From the NCBI GenBank assembly GCA_000320545.1, contig ADNK01001386.1:62001-126000 (forward strand): 64,000 nucleotides of DNA, given 5' to 3'. Origin of the DNA: Bigelowiella natans CCMP2755 (lineage: Eukaryota; Protista; Cercozoa). Below, piece after piece: positions 54,939 to 64,000 of this stretch; the stretch's first letter is position 1, and each line of letters begins with the position of its first letter. The translations under genes were made by a program, and so were the position numbers. The notes under the pieces were generated by a model. That model saw nothing but the letters and a program-made list of their open reading frames with translations. It searched no databases and was not told where the DNA came from.

Positions 54939-56450
54939 TCACACATACTCACACACACTCAACACGCGAACACACAATCACACACACGCACACGCACAAG
55001 CACACACACACACACATGCACACGCACACCTTAATAATATTTGACACTATAACATTTCAGTACCTTCCTCGTAATTGTGGTGAAATACTGCATGCGATCT
55101 CCTCCCCCCCCGCCTTTCTTGTCGCCGTTATTCTTGGCGAGAATCTTCTGAGCTTCAGCTGCCGTCATAGCGCGGAAGGGACGCAATTTGACCTTCGTCG
55201 TAGAGGAGCCAGTGAGTAGTAGTAATAGGAGCAGAGGATGATGACTATAGGAAGAATCTAATGCTTTTATTGTGCTCTTATGGTACTAGAACGCGACAGG
55301 GCAGCGATGGTAGTTTGTGAGGAGTGTCACCTCGTTGTAGATGCTCTCGATGAGCTCGCGATTGTAGTCCTTCCCTGCCTTTCGCTGATGTTGTGTTGTC
55401 ACAGGTCATAAATCCATAGCTTCTTTGCGGTGATAAGGAGGGGTATCGACTACCGATTGACCGTGTTGATTCTCAACCTCCCCCCCCCCCCCCGTCGTGT
55501 ATGTTTGTGTGTGTCTGTGTTTGTGTTGCGCATGTGAAAATGATGCTCTTCTACCCCTTCGTTGCATTGCCCTCTTAGGTTACGAATGAGCTCCTCTAAC
55601 GTCATTCTCCTATCAGTCTTCTTCTTCAACGGCCTTTTATTAGATGGAAGAGAGGACAGTGAAGGGAAGAGGAGGAGGAGGAGGAGGAGGAGGAGGAGGA
55701 GGAGGAGAGGCAAAAGAAGCAATGTACAAGAATCATTCCCTAGATGAGGATTAGGCGAACGCAAAAGAGAGGAAGACGGGGGGGGGGGAGGACGAGTGAG
55801 GAGGAGGAAGGAGCGTCTTTATGAAGACAATAATCATAGCACCGGTGAAGATCCGTGTTGAGCATTACTACTTGGTACGCCAGAACCTTTAGGAATAGCA
55901 AGTAGTATTACAATTGTTATAGTAAGAGCCTGTTATCTTTACCACACTGCTCACCACCCATCATCATCATGATCATCATCATCAACAACAACAACAACAA
56001 CAACAACAACGGGCAGACGATGATCCAGGTAGTACCTCCACATCGTCCTTGTGCGCGAATTTCCCGCTGTTCTGGGCATGATATGCGTCCGCAAAGGACT
56101 CGATAATAAGACCGATCTTCTGGCTTTCTCCAGGGAGATAGAAGCCTTACGTAAAGCAGCAGCAGACAAACGGGCGACCTCAGTATCACTACGACGTTTC
56201 ATCAATATCATCATAATAATCACTGATCATCATCATCATCACCATCATCATCATTATCATTATTGGGATACGATATCACTGTCGCTGTAAGCAGATACTA
56301 CCAGCATCCTCCTCATCATCATCATCAACACCAAAAACGACAGCATTCTCTATTGCCGTATGTTACTCAACATTCTTCTAATCTCTCACCCCCATTTTCA
56401 AGGAAGATTCGTACAGCCTGGACAAGCGTAGCACCCTGAGAAATAGACAT

Positions 56451-56493
<43 letters not shown>

Positions 56494-57184
56494 CTAATGT
56501 TCCCCGTATACTAATCGCTATTCACATTGTATGCGACTGCCGACTTAGGCACAACATGAAATTGAAGGGGACACGCACCCTCGAAAACAAGAAATTGACA
56601 ATGATGTTGGCGGTGGTGTTGATGACGGTGCTCATGATGACGACGAACGACGATGATAACAAAAGCAGCGGTGGGATGTGGGAAGGCCTTCCATCGAGTG
56701 TTTGTGTTTTGTATGTTTCAGGGCAAAAAAACGATCGATGCAAAGCAAGTGACTCCCCCTTTTCCGGCTTATCAATGCTACCATACTGCTATTTGCTACA
56801 GCAACAGTAACAACAACAACAACTACAACAACAACTACAACTACTACTACTACTACTACTACTACTGCCACAAAATCATGCATACCGCAAACTGATTGTT
56901 CTTGAAATGGTGCCTTCGGAGTTCCTCGAAGTACTTCTTCTCCTCCTCGGATTTGCCCTGTATTGAGGAATGTGGCGATGACGATTGGCTACGATGATGA
57001 TGGGTGTGGTGTCGCTTGATTGGATGGTATGCTAGTTCCTACCTCGGTGCCAAGATAGTCTCCGATCTCTTTCTGATCTAACTTGTCTTGGTTTTTGTAG
57101 AGAAAATCGGCATATCCCTAACAAAACATACGATCAGCAATTTCTTAGCTTGTTTCCTCCCCCCCCCCTCCCCCCACCTCTCTC

Positions 57185-57236
<52 letters not shown>

Positions 57237-58092
57237 CCTCTCTCTCTTACCGCTGGTGTAGAGTATGCGGGGTTACAGGTGCGCATATACTTGTAACATT
57301 TCTTGCATCCGTCGTTCTTAAACTGCATGAATGATGGATGGTGGTGGTGGTGAGGGTTTCGTTGTGATGAGATGTTCGATCACGATGGTGATGATGACGA
57401 TGGCCAAAATGGCTCATATACGTAAGGAAATGGCGGGAAGAAGCTGAATGCAAATGCAAATGCGCTCTGCTATCTTTTGGCGGAGCGTGTCAGTCAGAGT
57501 CAAGATGCGATCGTGGTGATTCTCGTTACTCGTATCAAACCTTACGAATTGCTTGTTCCATCACAAGGTCGCTCTCCGCTTGCATAAGCTGACGAGCACT
57601 CCACGTTGATCGTCGTTGGAGTCGAATTTTCGTACTATTATTAGCTTTACCCCCCCCCCCTCTGCCTCGGCGGGAAGCTCCTTTATTCGATAATGCAGCC
57701 GACGCCAAGAGGGCCGGGTTGATGACGGAATCACCGGCTAGATCTCCTTTAAACTCATCGCAGCGAAGGGCCAAGACCTCCAAGAGTTTCACCAGGAATC
57801 TGAAGAGACGAGAAGGGAGCAGGAGGTCACAATGATCATGATGACGACTACGACGACAACAGCAATCTACAGCAATACGAGCAGTTGTGGAAGTGGTGAT
57901 ATGAGCGCGTTTGCATCGTGATGACCCGCTGCTGCTGCTGCTACTACTAATAGTACTACCACCTACTCATCTCTCCACTCACAATTACCCCAATGCACGA
58001 ATTTGAAGCCGGCGAGCCTCTTGTGATTGGTTTTGGAAGCTACCATCGTCTCCCTCAGCCACTTTCGCAACCGTCTGTTGTATACAAGAAGT

Positions 58093-58132
<40 letters not shown>

Positions 58133-58680
58133 CGGTGTTTAAGTATGCTCTCTTGATCTCGTAGATATCTGCCCTGAATCATGATGAACTATATGGCCTT
58201 GGAATGCAATGGTGATGATGATCATATATGATGCATACGACAAACTTCTTCACGTACATCACCGCAACCATTGGACAAAAAAAGAACGGAGATGAAAAGG
58301 TAAAAAAAATACCTCCACGATTTGCTGAAAAAGCCTTCGGCCTGAGAGTCATACAATGTTCCACACAAGAGCAGGAAAAATTGAGACTATCTAATTTAAA
58401 ACACTAAGAGCGGGAAATAAAATTAATTATCGTCGCTATCATAACAGGCACTTGCTACATAGGAACGCGAACACGAGAGGAATCAGCGGCAGCAGCAGCA
58501 GCAGCATCTCCAAACCTTTTGCGTGGTTATCGTAATTGTAGTACACATTGACGGCAGCTTGGTGCGTGGACATCATCCTTGTAAGCATAGAGAGAATGTC
58601 GTCTTTGTGTGTCACTGACACGTGAGGCCCTGTCAGTAACGGCACCACCAGATCCCCTAGCAATGTGCCTGATGATGATT

Positions 58681-58715
<35 letters not shown>

Positions 58716-59447
58716 CATTTTGTATACAACAATCGGCTATATCCTTCCTGCCATCGTCGATGTGATTGTAGTGGTGGTCATAATAATAGGAGGAGGAGGG
58801 GGGGGCGAGATTGAAGAGAGGAAGTACAGTACCAAGTTGCGGCGCTAGAAATGCTTTAAATTTGTGAGTTATAAGAATCAAGCACTTCAGGACCTAATGA
58901 TCGTGAGGATGGGGATGGTGATATCAGTAATTCCTCACTGATGCCGACGTATGATTGCCATTAGCCATCACCATCATTATCATCATCATCATCATCATCT
59001 ATCTAACTTTTACGTTCGCACGTGGTAGTACGTACCTCCTTCAACAGGGATGGGTGGCCTGGAGAGCAAGACTTATGTGCATCCACAGCTCCAGAGCGAG
59101 CAAGACACAAAGACACGAATCTACACAGAAAGAAGCAGGGGTAGTGTGATGATGATTGTGGCGGTGGTTGCGATGATGATGCTAATGATGAGCATCATAA
59201 TCAGGATGAAGAGGAGAAGGCTTTTGTCGTCATCGCATTTGTTCCTCCCCCTTATTGACAGCACTTCATTCGTACGAGGGGGGGGGGCATGCTGCTTGCA
59301 AGTTACAGACATTGGCATGTTGATTGATTAATTGATTGATTGATTCACCGCTTGAGTATTGCGGCCATCGGCTCTGAATTCACCCATACGCGGGCAGATG
59401 CTCCCAAAATGTCGCGAAGCCGCTACGATCAATTATCGTCACCAACC

Positions 59448-59483
<36 letters not shown>

Positions 59484-60202
59484 CGCAAAGAAAACAACGC
59501 CGACGACGACAACAGCGAATCAAACACGAGGCAAGTCATCGGTTGCAATCGTTGGAAATGAATATAAGCGACTCGTCGTGGCGTTGAGCACTTATTGTTG
59601 TTAGGAACAGAGCGACGTGTAGGCATGGCAGCGCACAGATGCTTGTTGCTGGTGTTTGTACATCATAGTATTGGGTAATATCTGGTATTGTTGTGTCTTG
59701 CACTAGAGTAGTCGCTAATCATCACCCACCCTCAGACATGAGATACGTCGCCTAACAGCTGTCTGTGTGCGGTTCGGCTCAGTAGCAACCTGCAAGTCGT
59801 TGTTCGTTAGAATATACTGTGCGTGTGCTGTGTATACGAGTGTGTGTGTGTGTGTGTACTATTGATAAGTGAGAAGAACCACCTTGCAGAGCGCAAAAAC
59901 ATACGCGACCAAAGCCTATGAGCAATAGTTTGACAGTTGAGAGACCGGTAGGATGCATGTAGCGGCAGTACAATGATGACAATAGAGATGATGAGAAAGA
60001 GAGAGAATGGCAACTCGCAATTGGGGCATCATCATCATCATTATCATCAATTATCATCATTATCATCAATTATCATCATTATCATCAATCATCATCATTA
60101 TCATCAATTATCATCATTATCATCACCTTATTGTTTGGATTGGTGATGAATTTTGTAGCTCCTCTCACAGCGTCGTAAAACCTGTAGATTGCAAGCATTG
60201 GA

Positions 60203-60243
<41 letters not shown>

Positions 60244-60253
60244 TTACGTGCGT

Positions 60254-60292
<39 letters not shown>

Positions 60293-61062
60293 ACCTTTTC
60301 GTGGGAATGGGGTCCTTGAAGAACTCTTGAATCTCCACAGCCCAAGACATGCTTGGGTCGAAGCAATGAGAAGGCACCACCTAATGGGATGGTGAAGAAG
60401 ACGGAGGAGGAAGAGAAAGGTGTTGTAGATTGGCAAAGGAAATAAACAAAGGGGGGGGGGGGGAAGGGCCTAGTAAAAAGGGGAATCTGCGCTCTGATTT
60501 ACATCAATTTGCCCGTATATAGTACATGTATGCGTATGCGCGTTAAAGTGTTTTAACACAAAAGAAAGAGAAAGAGGATTAGAGAGAGACGGAAGGGGGG
60601 AGAGGAGCGGGGTAAGGATTAAGGGGGTTGGCTATGTTGTTATTCCTATTTCAACTGTTCTCCCTCTATACCACTCAGGATTTAAGATCATTGTCAAAAT
60701 CTGCGAATTCCTGTCATTCGTTACATTGATGCGTTCTTCTTCTTTTCCTCCCCTCCCCCTCTCTCTCTCTCCTCGTCAATATTACTACTACCTCTCTTTC
60801 GATCCGTGAGGCGACAGAAAGCACCAAATCCCTGCACATGCTACTAATATCCTGTATGGAAACGAAGAAAGATGATGATGATGATGATGACGATGGTGGT
60901 GGCAGTGATGATTACGCATCATATCCATTAAAATGGCCCTACGCCTTCCATCCCCCCCCCGTAACACCATCGCCATCCACCACAAGCGCACCGATATCAC
61001 GTTTTCCCTTTCATCCCCATACCTTTTTTTCCTGTGGGGAAATCTCAGTCTTGGCATCGTTG

Positions 61063-61096
<34 letters not shown>

Positions 61097-63794
61097 CTCC
61101 GTTGAACTTGGCGTTGTCAGCAGAGGAATGCTGCAATATTTATGAACACCATTCGCATAAACGCAGGTTGTGAGTGTGGTAAGCAGTATGAGCCGCCGCC
61201 ATCATGAATCAAGTGGAGGTGTTGTTGTTGTTGTTGTTGTTGTCGTTCTCGTTGTTGTTGTGATTACCGGCGTTCCTGGCTGCAGCACTTTATTCCCAGC
61301 ATCAGGGTTGGCGAATCCCTGCCCCTCCAAGACAGTAGTTGTGTTTGCATGGCGACGAGGTGCCACCGATGATGCAGCAGCAGCAGCAGCACCACTAGCA
61401 GGGTCCTTTGATTCCGCTGCTTGCACTAATGAGAACTCTGAACATCAGCAACGACGACCAGCAATACACACACCACGCACAAAATGTTAGTGAGATTTCC
61501 TCCATTTTCTAGATCTTTCGCCTTGAGGGAGAAATTCAGGCAAACAGCGCAACAGCCAGACCTTCGATCGGCGGGAGAGAGACCTTGCTACTATCCTTTT
61601 CCTCTTCCTCCTCCCCCTCCTCCTCGTTGTTCTTGGCGCTATTCTTCTGAGCGGCTTGTTGTTGCTCTGGCAGTCGAGAGCGGTGGTTGTGGAAGATGGT
61701 GACAAGACGATTCTTCAGGAACTCAAGCAGATTCTGTCCCAATTGATTGGTTGGTGGATTAATTCATTGATTGGTGGTTTTGTCCATGTCCAACCGCAAC
61801 AACATCAAACTACTTAAGACAGCACCATCATAGGAAGGTGCGAAACGAATTATTGGATCTATCTCGGTTTGTTGTCAGCTAACACTAGCAGTCAAAATAA
61901 TGCTTGTCGTTTTTGTTGTTGTTACTGTTGCTGATTGGTGGAAACCAGGCAGCAGACAGATGCAATAAAACCCAAACTCATCCAACTAACATATGCTGCC
62001 TCCTCTCAAGCAGCAGCAGCAGCAGCAGTACCTGTGCCGATTGCATTGAATACAGCTTGAAGCACATGATCACAGCATGCATTGTTGACGTCACTGACAG
62101 CACTTTGTGGTGCTTTGCCAGAACGTAACCAACCAGACGCATGTACTCGTCTCCCTCCTTCTTGTCTGTGATGATGTATAATTCAAAGGTAATATACTCA
62201 AGACGGATGATGTAGACTTAGGGGGGGGGGAAGGGGGGGGGGGGAGGAGTAGTGAAGCCATATTTACTCTCCTTCACTGTATCTGTCTTTTGATGAGGGA
62301 AAAGACATGTGAAAATCATTCCTACCCATGCCGAACGCTATGTGCAGGCCTTGTGAGCATACAAGCTCCACGACGGTGTTGAGGGCGTCGGGGTGCATGC
62401 TTTCCGAATTCATCTCTCCCAAGTATCTACACGATGAGACAATAAGTAAACAACAGCAGCTATGAGAATAATAATCAAGATCGAAAACGCAGATATAATA
62501 AATAAAAGGAATGGAATCATTATCTACCTTTTTTTGTACTAGTATTGCTGCTGCTACTACTACTACTGATATGCCATCATCATCACCACAATCATCATCA
62601 TCATCTTTCTCTTTCTCTGCTTCCATTACCTTATCGTGGCTAAAATGACATGGTCTTCTCCGCTCATCAGGCACGACGTCATCGCCGCACCAGTAACAGC
62701 GCCTGCAACTAGAGCACCCTGAAGAGGAGGCGGCAATTACAATCCGAAATTGGAAAATGAAGGAATGTGGGGGGGGAGAGGGGAGCCGCAGTGAATGTTT
62801 TAATAACATTCTACGACGCGGGGTTCGTGGCGTAAAATACGTTCCGTTGTGAGCTATCATGCATTTTAGTAGTTTTTGTATTCCTTCCTCCCCCCTTACT
62901 ACATAGTGTACACCACCACCCACCCTCCTGCGTCTATATCTATAGTGGGTCTTGGGGAGACGACGAGACTAGGAAAACGACGAAAAAGAACCGACGGCGG
63001 CAAGGTTGATCATGGGTGGTGTATATCATGCGGCCGTTTAAGCACCATGTTTTTGGTTGTATATTGTTTTGAAGATCATCAGAAGGGGGGGGGGGTATTA
63101 ATATTATAAGATGATGAAACGATAACAGACGCCAGAATTTGACCCAAACACGCCATTAAATAAACAAAGTCCCCATTGTGCCAGCAGAGCATCAACACGT
63201 CATTTTTGTTGTGATCATTCATCGCGAAGATGGCCGCAGTTCGCGTAAAAGTCGAATTGTCAATAATCTCGCATCCATGCTATTACGCTGTTTTCGCACT
63301 GCTGCTGCTGCTGCTGCTTGTGTCTAGTAGTACTGAGTATATACCCCATCGTTTGTCATTGATTTGAACTTATCCAGAATTGACTTGAAATTCTGAATAG
63401 ACGATGATGACGATGAGGGAGGAGGAGGAGGAGGAGGAGAATTTATATAAGTAAATATACATTTATGAGATCGATCGATTGTTGCACATGGCTTCCCTTC
63501 TTTTACCCCTTTCTAACCCTCGTCTCTTTAATTACCTGTACGAACACTAAGTTAGTTTTCTTGGCCACATCTGCAGACAGTCCAGAAGGGGTCGTCTTGA
63601 CGATGTGAGCTCCTATACACACATAGGTATCAGTTTTCTTGAAGGGAAAAGTCTGCACGACGTGTGTTTCATCGATATTCCCTACAGAACTCGAGATTGG
63701 TAGAAGTAACATCGTAATACCTTGCGGTAAGACTGCGATGTCCTCGTCCAGGGTGAGGCCAACCTACACATGCAGTAGGGATAGTTGTAGCAGT

Positions 63795-63856
<62 letters not shown>

Positions 63857-64000
63857 GTGTTGTTGTGCTAGTCCACGTGGGGAAACAGAGCTCTAATTTT
63901 CATTTAGACAGAAGCATATACGCACGCCATGAGGCTGAATACGTCTTCGTTGCGGTTGCAACCTCCATCAGGGTTTGGCTACTACTACTGCTGCTGCTAC
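50359..64000 (-). CDS. Large Sec7-domain ARF guanine-nucleotide exchange factor, many exons, 5' end outside the window, 3' end approximate
   Basis: Sec7 motifs at about 55300-57120: ADFLYKNQDKLDQKEIGDYLG, GFYLPGESQKIGLIIESFADAY (catalytic Glu finger), LLNTDLH, RRMTLEELIRNLRG, GKDYNRELIESIY. Flanking helical exons on the same strand are assumed to belong to the same gene. Confidence 0.8.
60029..60126. repeat. Degenerate (ATC/ATT) minisatellite in an intron
   Basis: Repeated atcatcattatcatcaattatcatcattatcatca units. Confidence 0.8.

Overview
Gene-dense, intron-rich eukaryotic nuclear DNA with microsatellite-filled GT-AG introns. Most ORFs in the supplied track are spurious. Bipartite signal+transit-peptide leaders (e.g. 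...SLRGG... on RlmN) and a violaxanthin de-epoxidase-related gene point to an alga with a complex plastid, most likely a chlorarachniophyte (inference). By hand-splicing I reconstruct about 14 genes: VDR (+, 5' partial), DUF179/YqgE (-), RlmN (-), a His-motif metal-binding membrane protein (+), GST (-), a multi-PH-domain protein (+), a Gfo/Idh/MocA oxidoreductase (+), a TALE homeobox (-), a GT8 glycosyltransferase (+), a YisB-like HNH protein (+), a PhyH dioxygenase (-), an A1 aspartic protease (+), a small acidic membrane protein (+) and a large Sec7 ArfGEF (-, 5' partial). The standout signal is non-coding. DNA downstream of gene 3' ends is shifted toward TpG/CpA. In three of the four head-to-tail spacers, 0.7-1.4 kb islands have lost almost every TpA except in CTAG, the fourth shows a partial version, and CpG is retained. 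This suggests a directional TpA->TpG/CpA hypermutation tied to transcription-termination zones, the opposite of RIP or CpG decay. Exon boundaries and counts were made by eye and are approximate.
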